Shown: positions 13,876-27,174, numbered from the stretch's first letter. The stretch: 64,000 bases of DNA from Eledone cirrhosa (GCA_964016885.1 OZ024748.1:25854001-25918000), one strand, 5' to 3'. The notes: a model not told the origin generated them from the sequence alone. Numbers and translations: made by a program.

Positions 13876-13956
13876 TCACCCAGACAGCTTTTGGTAATGC
13901 TGTTTCGCAATATTAATTGTGAATAGGAATGCCAATTCATGCTCATCAGTGGGTGA
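13876..13956 (-). ncRNA. Type I hammerhead ribozyme (probably Penelope-derived)
   Basis: Minus strand: UCACCCA-CUGAUGA-[GCA..AAUUG/CAAUU..UGC]-GAAA-CAGC(auuaccaaaa)GCUG-UC-UGGGUGA; full catalytic core and three stems. Confidence 0.85.
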
Positions 13957-14907
13957 AAAATTAGTATCCGAGACACTTCTAAGTATATTAAAAAAACTGA
14001 ATAGTGTGCTTATATTTAACAACGCACATGGTATCTGAACTTAGCGTGTCTCACAAACTCACACCACTAAAAATAGCAGCCAGGTTTATTCGACATTTGC
14101 ATTAGTTCAACAAATTAACGGAGCCGAATATATCAAAGGTATATATTTGGCCAACCCTTATTCTAATCCACTCACCCTTAATGTGATGAAAAGCAATGAG
14201 ATAGGATATTTTTTCCCCTTGTGTTAAAAGAATGAAAGCAACATCCTTTATTTCACATAATTCTACATAAAAAAAAAGAGAAAAAATGGGAGACGACACA
14301 CGCTCAAGCACACGCAACAACATAGGGCACTAACTTCTAATAACTTTTTAGGCAAGCCAACACACTCGCCGCGAATTATAGCATGGCACAGGCGCTGGAA
14401 TATCCAAGTACCCAAGTCAGTAAGACGAGCTATCAACAAAGACAAGAACTTCGTTGTGGGCGACCCACCTCACCTCAAATGTCTAAGGGCTGAAAAAAAA
14501 ATCAGTTTGCAGATAATTCTTGGTATTTAGAATTATATTCAGTTCGGCTGTGGATGCAGTGACCTTCACCTTTATCGCAGCATCATGGATGCAGGAAGGA
14601 GCAAAATAGTTATTAACTGTGGTGTCCCAAATGAGACATCTACCTCTTCCCCAGGGACAAAAAGTAAGGCCATCTGGACAATCTGACTCACTCCCTATAA
14701 TGTATTAGTTTTTATTGAGAGTTACTGTTCTCCTAGATGGGTTGCCTGCATGACACTTGCAAACTTTGTCTCTTCTGTGGAATTGGGTTTTAAATGTTTT
14801 TTTTTTTCTACAGATGGATGCCCTTCCTTTCAGCAACCACTTCAGTGTGGACTGGTTTCATTTTATTGAGCGACAGGAATAAGTCTCTACATACATTCAT
14901 ACATACA

Positions 14908-14971
<64 letters not shown>

Positions 14972-15476
14972 TTTTATGGTAAAAGGAACAAAACTATGCA
15001 CTCCTCCCTACCGATTGCGAGAGAGTTGGAAGTTAGATTCATTTAAAACAGACGAAAAAACAAAAAACTTAGGTGAAAAAAAATGTTCTCATCGAGCGGC
15101 AACGGGTGCTTTCTGTAAATTTGCCATTTTTTTTTTTTTTTACCTACTTTCACTTCCTTCGTTTAATGCTTTTATAGCGGGAACGATTAAGCATCCCATT
15201 CCCTTAAAGTTTAAGATCCAATTCACTCAAATTCTAAGAATCTATATACCAGCAGACAATTTGAATATGCCTCCGTTTTCGTCGAAGTACGATATCTTAC
15301 GTGGTTATTTTTATTAAATATTTTCTATTTTATTTTTAATGAAAGAATCTTTAGTTTTATTTATGTCTGCAACATTTTATTTCAACTGTTTGAAAAAATA
15401 AAGTGATTTTAGATTTGCCGTATAATTAATATGTTAATAGATTGACGGAGAGACTAGCGTTGGTGTCAATGTAAAG

Positions 15477-15539
15477 ATGGCCGACCGAGAGCGTCGGTTA
15501 TCTAACGGGGAGGACGAGGTCTTAGATCCCCGTATTCAG
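15477..15539 (+). CDS. SH3BP5: SH3BP5-family Rab11 GEF, coding exon 1 (MADRERRLSNGEDEVLDPRIQ)
   Basis: ATG in aagATGG context; ends in the family motif LDPRIQ; donor CAG|GTGAAT at 15540, phase 0. Confidence 0.9.
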
Positions 15540-17542
15540 GTGAATATCAATTTGTATTCTCTTCATTTTCACTTCATATATATAATTGTTATTTAATTCA
15601 AGACTTTCATTATGACAAGTAATTGCAAATAATATGTAATTTTGTTGCTGTCGTCCTTGTAAGAAACCGTGTAATCAACTACTTTGCATGTACTATATAG
15701 TAAATATACGATGTAGGACACTTTCTCTTTGTTGTGCACTCTTCGATAAAACTACTACCACTTTCCTTTCTACCTTTCAAATAGATTTCTATGGGTGATA
15801 TTTCATTATATCTCCTTGATCTGTGTAATTTATGTACAGGAATCCTAGTTCTACTCTAAATACAAACCCCAAAACCCATTTTACAGACACCTGCCAAAGG
15901 TAAAGTAATTTTACCCTTTCATGTCTACGAATGTCATTCATTCAGAGATCATTTGGTCTCAGTATCGAAAGTCTTGCTATTTATTTTTTGCTTACACTTT
16001 ACATAGTTTTTTTTTTATATCAGCAATCGGAGCCCACCGTTGAAAACATTAGCCAATTAATACCTTATTAACAACATTGTTTTGAAGTGAACATATATAC
16101 ATTTTTAGACTTATAAAATTTTATTTTAAGGCTTTACAATTTCAAAAGTTGATCGACAATATATCGAGTCTTTATAGCAACTCACGCTTTGTTATTGTTA
16201 GTGTTTTCATCCTGAGATTACTGTTATTAAATATGATCAGCTGCAAACCGTCTTTCAACGATGCTACAGTAGTAGTAATAGCAAAATCTCAATGATTTAT
16301 GAATGATATAAATACTGTTAGGCTACAATACAACTACTCGCCAACCACCCCTTTACATTGCCTTAGAAGCTCTGGAATAGCTAGCTACATTGTTCAGATT
16401 TCGGTATTGTGTTATTGTATCTGTCGATTTCCCCTGTTTATTTGTATTATTGATCTAAATTAAATCTCTTGAATTTCTTCACATTATCATCATAAATGCT
16501 TTGTGTTTTATTTTCAAATTCAATCGATTAACTTCGATCACATCTCGAAGCAGATGTTATTATTGTTTGTTTCTTCATTTTATTTATATACAACGATTTT
16601 GACACTTCTTGCCGCTCTGAAACGATGTTGAGATATAGAAAACAAAATTGAATGTGTTTACACAAACATTTCTGAATTGACATCAGTGTTGTGTTAACTT
16701 ATCATTTAAAACACCAAATTATCCTGTAAATAGTCCACTCTGCACCGCTAGGTTATTTTAAATTATACACTATAAATAATCTACTATTTACGTAGGAGGT
16801 TAGAGATTTTTATGTAAGCAACCTTTGCTTGAAAACTGTTACTGTGTTGTTTTTATTTTAAAATCAGTCCAATTATTTACGATTTTAAGAACAATGTGTG
16901 TACTGTCTTTTTTTATGTAGAACAGAATGCATATAAATAAACACAATTTATATTAAAAACAAAACAAAACAAAAAAACAATGAGAATAGACACGCATACC
17001 CAATCACACTTCACAACAAAGGGCGCTGGAGTCTCCCTGAAATAATGCGCCAATACATTCGCAGCATTGCTGTTGGTGTTAGAGAATAGTGAATAACTAA
17101 ATAAAAACAAGGTTTCACATTCTGAGGGAGTAAAAAAAGCCCAATTATAATTACTTATCTTATCGTACCCTGAAAAGATGAAAAACAGCCCCCTTCTTTC
17201 ATTCCTAAATAGAATTAGAACTTTGAATGTAAAGGGACATAACTAAACAAACCCTATATATCGCATCTGCTAAATGTTCAAATTTTCAATATTCTCGTTA
17301 GAAATGTGTTAGAATATTTTGTAATTTTGTTGGTGCTTCTCCAGAATACTCCTCCGCCTAATTGATATAAATAATATATTTTAAATTAAGGTTAAGGTTA
17401 ATTCAGTTTCGTGTAAACAATTGACTCAAGATTGACAGCCATACAAACAAAAAACATTAACCCAAACTCCTAACCCCTTATTTTAACTCTAACCCCTAAC
17501 CCTAATTTGGAATAAATTTGTTTTGATTATCTTGTCTTATTT

Positions 17543-17690
17543 AAGGCGGCGAATTGGCAGTTTCGTTAGAACGTCGGATAGAATGCTTTGCGGTATTCAT
17601 TTCGGCTCTTTGCTCTCTGAGTCCAAATCCCGCCGAGGTCAACTTTGACTTTCATCCTTTCGAGGTCGTTAAAAAAGTACCAGTCGATTC
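17543..17690 (+). mobile_element. tRNA-derived SINE with Meta/MESC core
   Basis: ggcggcgaattggcag head, B-box-like gagtccaaatcc, then gccgaggtcaactttgactttcatcctttcgaggtcg core. Confidence 0.8.
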
Positions 17691-18746
17691 TTCTTATATT
17701 TGATGATTCACAAAGTCTTCTTCGTGGTGTTTGTGGGCTACCTTCTAAAAAAGGTTGTGTATCACTGATGCAGAAGATGGATTGACGAAACTTAGTTTAT
17801 ATATAAAAACAGGCATGGTTGTGTGCTTAAGAGGTTTTCTTTGCAACCAGTTGTGTGGTCTTTGGTTCTATCTTACTGTGTGGCAAAGGAATTTGGTAGA
17901 CAGACACTGTAAAGAAGCCTATCATATATATAAATATATATAAAGAAAAAAAGATGAAATCGAAAATGCAACTGGAGTCTTATTTTTGAAAAAATATATT
18001 TATTTGGTTCCTTTACCGGTTTCGCAGTTCTTCTGCTTTTCAAAAGTAGAGTTGAGATGGACACACACACACAGTCCACCTCTATTATTGGTGATCTATA
18101 AGAAAAACAAACCCAGTACATGCTGTAAAGTGGTTGGTGTTAGGAAGGGCATCCAGTTGTAGAAAGCTTGCCAAACAAGAGATTGGGAGGACCCTTCAAT
18201 TTGTACCAAAAGACACAACTTCTCTGCACTCAATATGACCGTACATAAACAGGATACAGACCCTTCAGCCTGTCTGGGAGGTCAGTAGCCCAACTTCAAT
18301 ATTGACTTGGTCTATATAGACCCATCCAGCCCATGCAAGCATGGAAAAGCAAACCTAAAACCGATGATGATGATGATGATACATATACATGTGTGTGTGT
18401 GTGTGTATATATATGTATGTACGTGGGTTCCGAAGTTGTGTCATGAGTAACCACAGTTAAAAAAGGTACTCAATTTGTTGGTAGAGTGTAGGCATCTTTA
18501 GTATACATAGAAATGACTTCTACAGGACTAGAGCTGTTTCATTTGTATGATTTCATACAAATGAAACAGTTCTAATCCTGTAGAAGCCATTTTTGCATAT
18601 AATAAATATGTGTGTGTGTCTGAGTTTGTCGCCTCTTCTTTTTGTATTTGAAATCATAGGTGGGGATATTTGTTTACGTTCTGCATAACAGATTCTGCTG
18701 TTGAACATGTGAAGATCCAAACCTTATTTAAAAAAAAATATATATA

Positions 18747-19252
18747 TCATCATCATCATTTAACGTCCATTTTCTATGCTAGCATGGGATAGACAGGTTA
18801 TCCCATTTAAGGTAAGTTAGGTCAGGTGATCGTGTCTTACTTATATAGGACTGTTTCTGGCTAGTTTCTACAGCTGGATGCCTTTCCTAATGCCAACCAC
18901 ATTTACACTGTGTGTGCTGGGTGCTTTTTGTCATGACACTTACACAACCACTTTACAGTATGGGCTGGATATGGTTTGTTCATTGTGTAAGGGTGGTGTG
19001 GACAGGAGTTGGTGGGTGGGTGGGGGGTATAGTTGTTAAGAGGTGTCTACTAGATGTATGTTTGAGACTGTGTGCATGGGAAGGCATGTTTCTGTATTAC
19101 TGCGTAATGCCAAAGATCTCGATCCTGTGTTATTGTCTTTGAGAGGTTCAGTTGTGCAAGGTCAGGTTTTATCACCCTGTCCCAGGTCTTTCTACTCCAA
19201 GGCTTCCATCAATTTTGATTGCTCTGCACCTTTTTATACAGCTGTCATCCTT
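18747..19252 (-). mobile_element. RTE LINE 3' end
   Basis: KDDSCIKRCRAIKIDG..G.RP coding tail, shared 3' UTR and (GAT)n terminus; truncated at (TA)n. Confidence 0.85.
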
Positions 19253-20097
19253 ATATATATATAAGTGAGCATCATTATATATATATAAGCATCCGGCCAC
19301 AGAATTCTGCCTCAAAAATCTTGGCCGACCCATGCCTGTATTGGAAATGGACATCAAACTGATAATGTTCACAATTTTTTATATCACTTAAAACCATCTT
19401 AGCAATGTTCATTAGACACCTGATTAAACCTGTTTCCTTTCCTTTAAAGTCCTGTTTGCTAAATACTGCCCTCACCCTGTCTCTGCCTCTCTGTCTTTGT
19501 CTCATGTCTCTCACTGCACAAAGCTACCAAATAGACCAGTTATTTTTCATAGAATTATTGCTATGTAAAGCTCAATATTTACATTAGAGACATTGGAATG
19601 TTTGATCAGGCCAATGAGAAGAAAAAAGTAGCATAAAGGCTACACAGTTTATTTGTACTAAAGTCATCATCATCATTTAACACTCATTATCCCTGATAGC
19701 AAACGTTGGACAGGCATGTAAACATTAGAATTGAATATGGAAAAGGCCATAGTTTCTCTGAACTTTGCATCAACTTTTCTTTTGAGTTGAACATTTAATA
19801 TATTTGCTTGTATTTCTTTTTTGAATGTCTTCTTCAGCTTCTTTGCCTTTTTTTCTATTTCTTCATCCACTGCTATTACTACTAAGAAGAAATTGTCAGG
19901 TTTAGCCACTCTATGTACCATCATCCCCAAATAAACACTAATACAACATTACTGACACTCTGTGTCATCCCTCTCACTCAGACCAGACAGATATATTAAA
20001 TATATACATAGAAAAAACAAGAACAGTTGCAACATCAATAGTTTTAGTTTGAAATATTGTGCTGAGCTTGTTCACTACCAATAACTGCCAAAGAACA

Positions 20098-20875
20098 ACT
20101 GTCATACATTGAGACCACTTTGCCCACCTCTGATATGTCATACATTGATTGAGACCACTTTGCCCACCTTTGCTGTCATACACTAATTAATTCTACTTTG
20201 CCCACCTTTGCTCTGTCATACACTAATTAATTCTACTTTACCCACCTCTGATCTGTCATACATTGACTGAGTCAGCTTTGCCCACCTCTGATCTGTCATA
20301 CATTGACTGAGTCAGCTTTGCCCACCTCTGATCTGTCATACATTGACTGAGTCACCTTTGCCTACCTCTGATCTGTCATACATTGACTGAGTCAGCTTTG
20401 CCCACCTCTGATCTGTCATACACTAATTAATTCTACTTTGCCCACCTCTGATCTGTCATGCATTGACTGAGTCAGCTTTGCCCACCTCTGATCTGTCATA
20501 CATTCATTGAGACCACTTTGCCCACCTCTGATCTGTCATACACTAATTAATTCTACTTTTCCCACCTTTGTTGTCATACACTAATTAATTCTACTTTGGC
20601 CACCTTTGCTGTCATACACTAATTAATTCTACTTTGTCTACCTTTGATCTGTCATACACTAATTCTATTTTATCCACCTTTGCTCTGTCATACACTAATT
20701 AAGTCCTACTTTGCCCACCAATGAGACCACTTTTCCCACCTCTGCTCTCTGACACATTCAATCCACTTTGCCGACCTCTGCTCTGTCATACACTGATTGA
20801 GTCCACTTTGCTCTGTCATACACTGATTGAGTCCAACATGCATTAAGTCAACTTTGCCCGCCTCTGCTCTGTTAT
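20098..20875. repeat. ~40-bp minisatellite in intron 1
   Basis: ctttgcccacctctgatctgtcataca followed by either ttgactgagtca or ctaattaattcta. Confidence 0.9.
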
Positions 20876-21506
20876 CAGAATATATAAGTAGGCCTATGAG
20901 CCAATGAAGGGCGACTCTTTATAGTTGCTTGACCTGCTAGAATTAGTTAAATATCCCTCAAATTTAAGCATACAATCTTAAATGAGGGAAGGAAACATTA
21001 GATAATGTAGTTCTATATATCCCTAAAAATACTTGGAAGGTCTTTGATCATAGGTCATCTGTAAGATCAGCTGATTTAGGGCTAAACAGCAGACAAGTAT
21101 ACAGAAATTGACTAAAGAAAGTATAACATATACTATCACACAGCACCTAATTTTAACAAAGCATTAATTTCACTAAAATATGTGGAATTGTATTAATTTT
21201 GCCTATAGTTTTCAAATAATTTTGAAAATAATCAAGAATTTGGAAGGATTTAGTAATATTTCTAATCTTTTTAATTATTAAACTGGTGTTTGGAGCATAA
21301 CTTAACAAAGATTCTTACATAAGATTAAGATGGAATGTTTTTAGGTAAATATAAAGTCTTTTACATCAACAGCTTTGTATCATAGAAGCAAGGACGGTTT
21401 CATGGGTTTGGTATCGGAAGGGTTAAGTGAACAGAAATTGCTTCTCAGTTTGACATGGCATACACATCTGTAACTTGAACTATATTTTCTTGTTTTTTCT
21501 TTCTAG

Positions 21507-21569
21507 ATTGAACTAGAGCAATTAAACAAAGCCTCTGAAGAAATTAACACCTTGGAACTTGAATTAGAT
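21507..21569 (+). CDS. SH3BP5: SH3BP5-family exon 2 (IELEQLNKASEEINTLELELD)
   Basis: Polypyrimidine tract + TAG acceptor, GTAAG donor; ELExLNxAxxEINxLExELD matches the SH3BP5 N-terminal helix. Confidence 0.92.
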
Positions 21570-22234
21570 GTAAGATCATTTTATATTATTCTTTCTTACA
21601 CATGTTAATTGTATTTTTGTTGCATTTGACAGCATTTAAAATGTTTAGATATAATGCGGAAAAAAAAAATCAGAAAAATGAATTAAGCATCTTTTCTATG
21701 TCTACTATATTTTATCATAAAACATCTTAATGTTAATTGTTATTGAAAGAAGCCAATGAAATACTTAATGGTGTCACATCAAATCAACATACCATGGTCT
21801 AGATTTTGACCACTCACCCCTCATCCCACCACTCTTTCTTTTCTCAATATATCAGTAGTGCTTATTTTATTGATCTTGATAAGATGAAAATCAACTTTAA
21901 CATGATTGAAACTCTGAGCTATAAGCTATTATAAACTGCTTTACTAATTACGCACTCTATGATGATGATGGTGGTGATAATGATAGATACATGTCTTTGC
22001 CTTTTAAAATTCAGTATGAATACCATTGATTGCTTAACCCTCTTGATACCAGCCTGGTCAAAACTGGCTGCTCTGATTCTATGAAACAAAACCACCAATT
22101 TTGTACTGGGTGAGTTTTATTGTGGCACCAACATAAGGAAGATTGTCATGTCCTTACCACAACTGAAGAGTCCTTTCAATCCATTTTGGGGAGGAAAGTT
22201 TTTTTACAGCTGTATACCCTTCCTAATGCCAATC

Positions 22235-22520
22235 ATAAGCTACATAAAAAACTAGACATAAGAATGAGATGTAGTGTGCAAGAGAGAAAATTGCATTGGT
22301 GTGGACATGTGATGCATATGAAAGATGACAGCTGTATAAATAAGTACAGAGAAATCCCAGTGGATGGGACTTGTGGAAGATATAGAATTAGGAAGGTATG
22401 AGATAAAGTAGTGAAGACTAACCTTAGGGAGCTGAACCATCTGACAAAAATGACAAATCGCTGCAAGATTGGTGACATGCAATACTGGAGAAGACTCCCC
22501 TCTACCAACATATAAGGATA
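22235..22520 (+). mobile_element. Old RTE LINE 3' fragment
   Basis: IRMRCSVQERKLHWCGHVMHMKDDSCI similar to the other RTE copies. Confidence 0.75.
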
Positions 22521-24117
22521 TAACCTGAACTACCCCTGTCCTACCTCTACTTAATAACCAATCCAAGACTTCCTCCTTTTCAATCCTAACACACCAGCCA
22601 TAGCTGTTCTAATCATCACAGTACTTCACCCCCTACACAAACTCACTTCCTATCACCCATTTCAAACCCCACCACACCTGTCATACACTCTGGACATTAT
22701 ACTTGTCATTTACCCATGACATCTTTCTTCCCACATTCTATTCCACCCCAACAGAGTAGGGAGGGCTCTTAAGTTGAGTCTCTGGCCAACAATCTCTCTA
22801 ACTGTAAAATGATTGGTTATAGGAAGGGCATTCAGCTGTAGGAAGCCATGCCAAAAAGGGACTAAGAGAACTCTTCAGGTGTGTCAATGGCATGACAACA
22901 TCTCTGCTGTTGATGCTTTTATAAAATGCACCCAGTACACTCTGTAAAAGTGGTAGGTGATAGGCAGAGTATCCAGCTGTAGAAAACTTGTTAAACATAG
23001 AGTTGTGAAGATACTTCAGTCATGGCAGACATGACAACTTTCCTACTACTGGTGCCACAATAAAATGTTCCTAGTACACTCCTTAAAATGAGGGAACATG
23101 TAAAGGAAATGTAGCACTGATTAAGTATTGACTGGCCGCTTTTTGTTGTGTTGCCATCATGACCACATTACAGTATGTACTGGGTGCTTTTTGTCATATC
23201 ACCTACATGACCACTTAACAGTGTGTGTTGGGTACTTGGGGGAGGAGGGATTGGGGAAGTAGATCTAGAGGCATGTGAGGGACTGGAGTGTTCGAGTATG
23301 GGTGGAGTGTTAGGATGTGGGACGTGGAGGTGTATGGAAGGAGGAGGTAGAAGGTAGTGCATACAAAATGCATGCTTTAACCTATGCACATGTAAAGGTG
23401 GGTCTTTTGTATTACAGCATAACACTAGAGATCTCAGTCCTGTGTCATCACCTTCAAGAGGTGCAATTGTGCAATATCAGCTTTTATCACCTCTTCCCAA
23501 ATCTTCCTAGGTCTTCCTACAGCATAGCTTCCATCAACTCTGAGTTCTCTGCATCTTTTTATACAGATGTCATCCTTCATTTGCATCACATGGCCACACC
23601 AACACAATCTCCATTCCTGCACACTGCATCTGATCTCTCTTATGCCCAGTTTCTGTCTCACTTCATTTATGCTTTGCCATTCATGTATATTACTATTACA
23701 CATCCATCGGCACATGGAAGCTTCATTTTTTTTCCAATCTTCATAAGTCCTCTACACACAGCACCCAGATCTCACTGCCATACTACATTGCTGTTCATAT
23801 ACACGCATCATGCAATCTGCCCTTCATTTTGAGGGAAAGACCTTTTGTGGTTAACTGAGGTAGTAGCTCCCTACAGTACTTTCGGAAGATCCACCTCCAC
23901 TGCTAATTTGGTCACCCAGGTAACGGGAACTATTCTACTGAGCCTGCTGGACATTTAAAGAAGTTAGTATCCTGTGGCTGTTGCTACTTACTGCACCAGT
24001 GTAATGACCACATATAAAACCTGCATACTTTGCTGGACTACATGAAATCCCACTAAATCTCTTGTGTACCCATAGTTTGCATTTGGGGTATAGGTTGGAG
24101 TTTCAACCTACTCTATT

Positions 24118-25298
24118 CCTGGGACGAGCTGATAAATTCCGACCTCACACGCTTACACCTCTCCAAGACAATGTCACTGGACCGAGACCTTTGGCGGTAC
24201 TCAGTAATAGAGAAGACCCGCCTTACCTAAATACAAAGTAAAAACCTACTACAGTCAGTAGGCATCTCTATCAAAACACCCCCCGGTCCCACCACCTCCA
24301 CCCCATCCACACCGCCCCTTTCAATGTAAAGTTATGTTGGTCCCACAACATCCAGGCCGAAACAAATGAGATCGTGTAGGTGTCACGACAAAAAAACACA
24401 CAGTCCACGCTGTAAATGTGGCCGTGTAGGCAACACGGTAAAAACCTCCCAGCCCCACACTGTAAATGTGGTTGGTGTTAGGAAGGGCATCCAGCTGTAG
24501 AAAACCCGCCCGACAGTCCACGCTGTAATGTGGCCGTGTAGGCAACACGGTAAAAACCTCCCAGCCCCACACTGTAAATGTGGTTGGTGTTAGAAAGGGC
24601 ATCCAACTGTAGAAAACCCGCCCGACAGTCCACGCTGTAATGTGGCCGTGTAGGCAACGCGGTAAAAACCTCCCAGCCCCACACTGTAAATGTGGTTGGT
24701 GTTAGAAAGGGCATCCAACTGTAGAAAACCCGCCCGACAGTCCACGCTGTAATGTGGCCGTGTAGGCAACACGGTAAAAACCTCCCAGCCCCACACTGTA
24801 AATGTGGTTGGTGTTAGAAAGGGCATCCAACTGTAGAAAACCCGCCCGACAGTCCACGCTGTAATGTGGCCGTGTAGGCAACACGGTAAAAACCTCCCAG
24901 CCCCACACTGTAAATGTGGTTGGTGTTAGGAAGGGCATCCAACTGTAGAAAACCCGCCCGACAGTCCACGCTGTAATGTGGCCGTGTAGGCAACACGGTA
25001 AAAACCTCCCAGCCCCACACTGTAAATGTGGTTGGTGTTAGAAAGGGCATCCAACTGTAGAAAACCCGCCCGACAGTCCACGCTGTAATGTGGCCGTGTA
25101 GGCAACACGGTAAAAACCTCCCAGCCCCACACTGTAAATGTGGTTGGTGTTAGAAAGGGCATCCAACTGTAGAAAACCCGCCAGACAGTCCTATGCGAGC
25201 AAGACAACCACTCTTGCCTCAAGTGGGAAAACCCCCGTCCAAACCCATGCAAGCGTGGAACACGGACGCTAAACCTGATGATGATGATGATGATGATG
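24118..25298 (+). mobile_element. Young 5'-truncated RTE LINE 3' end carrying an internal tandem array
   Basis: Near-identical to 30078-30582 outside the array; ends in (GAT)n. Confidence 0.9.
24400..25190. repeat. 112-bp tandem repeat, ~7 copies, derived from the RTE 3' UTR
   Basis: Unit cagtccacgctgtaatgtggccg...gtagaaaacccgcccga; occurs once at ~30361-30475. Confidence 0.95.
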
Positions 25299-26131
25299 AC
25301 AGGGCCATTTGCCTGAGGGAATCTGTGCCCTGTTATCCTTTCTACATACTTGGACTTTGGTCTTTGCCAGTCTGACTTGAAGACCTTTAGATTCTAGGCT
25401 TTGCTTCCTGGTTTGGAATTTCTTCTTTAGATCTGCTATAGATTCAGTCGTAAGGGTTAGATCATCAGCATACAGAAGCTCCCATGGACAGCCAGTCTTA
25501 AACTCTTCTCTAATAGCCTAAACAGAAGAGAGCTGAAAACGGAGCCTCGATGTACTCCTACCTACATGCTAAATTCTTCACTATAGTCATTGTTAATTCT
25601 AACCTTGTTGACTGTTCCACTATACATGGCTTTTACAGCCTTCACAAGCCACTCATCTACTCCTAGCTTTTTAAGAGCCCACCAAATAATGGAACAGGGG
25701 ACTCTGTCAACAGCTTTCTCCAGGTCCACAAATGCCAAGTATAGGGGTTTACTTTTTACTTCTGCTGTTGTTTCACAAGGAAGAGAGCATCAGAGGTACT
25801 TTTACCTGGCACAAATACAAATTGCATCTCATTTAGGTTAACTTGGTCTCTGATCAGCTGTGAAATAACTCTTTCTATCACCTTCATGATCTGGTCAACC
25901 AACTTAATGCCGCTATAGTTTTCTCTGTCTAGGGCATCTCTTTTGTCCTTGTAGCAGTGACAATGATGATGCTACGCCAGTCATTGGGTATGACCCCATT
26001 TTGTATTACTTAGTATTATATATATAGAACCTATGTTTAGAAAACAGGTTTTTTTTAAACATAAGCAGTCTGTTCACTAGTTCTGTATTTTCAGCTTGTA
26101 ATCTTTCCAAGCTTCCTCAAGGAAAATGCAT

Positions 26132-26189
26132 CTCCCTGAGGAATGTTGGAGAGATTACAAATTGAAACTTGCAAAGTTTGTGGTCGGAG
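26132..26189 (+). ncRNA. Degenerate type I hammerhead-like motif
   Basis: CUCC-CUGAGGA-[weak stem II]-GAAA-C..GCAA/UUGUGG-UC-GGAG; stem II has two mismatches. Confidence 0.55.
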
Positions 26190-26393
26190 TTTTACTTCAT
26201 TAATACACCCATTCTGTATCTCATCATGTAATCAGTCTACTCTGATTTGTGCTCTTCCCACTGCAGATACTCCACACAGAGATAGATAGATAAGACAGAG
26301 AGAGACAGCGAGAGAAAATACTTTTGGGCCATTATCTACAGTAGCATATGTAACTACTTCATAACTAATCTTGGATATAAAAGAAGTACAAAC

Positions 26394-26472
<79 letters not shown>

Positions 26473-27123
26473 TTTTTCAAAAGTAAATGCAAAAGGTCAT
26501 AGATAGTGAGACAAACTTAAGAGAAAGATAAAATTTACAAACTTATATCCAGATGTTATATTTCTTGAACTATCAGACAGTTTCAGGGAGTAGAATGATG
26601 TACAACAATAAACTCCCAAGACAACATGATGTGTTCCTTGTATAGCTAAAATACGTTTGGGATGTGAAAGATATTAAGTCACAACTTCACTCCCTCCTTT
26701 AGTAATAATAAATAGCTAAATTTGGTTTTACATCAGTGCAAGCAGGATATATATATGTGTGTGTGTGTGTGTACATATGTATATGTATGCATAACCCATG
26801 CTAGTGTGGAAAATGGACATTAAATGATGATGATGTATATGTCACATATCAAGCAATGCCTGTGCTTGAAGCTTTTTTTAAGTGAGGAAAGGCTTTGCAT
26901 GGGGCCACTCCAACTCTCTGAACAGTGAATGTATTTACTCCAAAAAGTCTACATCATTGGATGCAAACGAAGTCACAGGTTTTATATCAGAGTGACCTTC
27001 TAGAGAGATGTCTAAATGAACACTAGGCTGTTGACTCGCCTGAATTCATTCGCCTCTTGACTGGTTTTGGTTTCCATCCTGCTGTGTGTGTGTGTATAAA
27101 TGTATATATACATATATATACAT

Positions 27124-27174
<51 letters not shown>

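Larger units (their letters stand above)
23130..26012 (-). mobile_element. Degenerate RTE LINE, split by a younger insertion at 24118-25298
   Basis: LAFVDLEKAVDRVP, CPWELLYADD and IPSGKWP (25300-26012) continue as NSNLYPKCKLWVHK and RWMCNSNI (23130-24117). Confidence 0.85.

Noticed and set aside
17385-17505. Interstitial telomere
   Set aside because: Only a few degenerate taaccc/ttaagg units; too short to support
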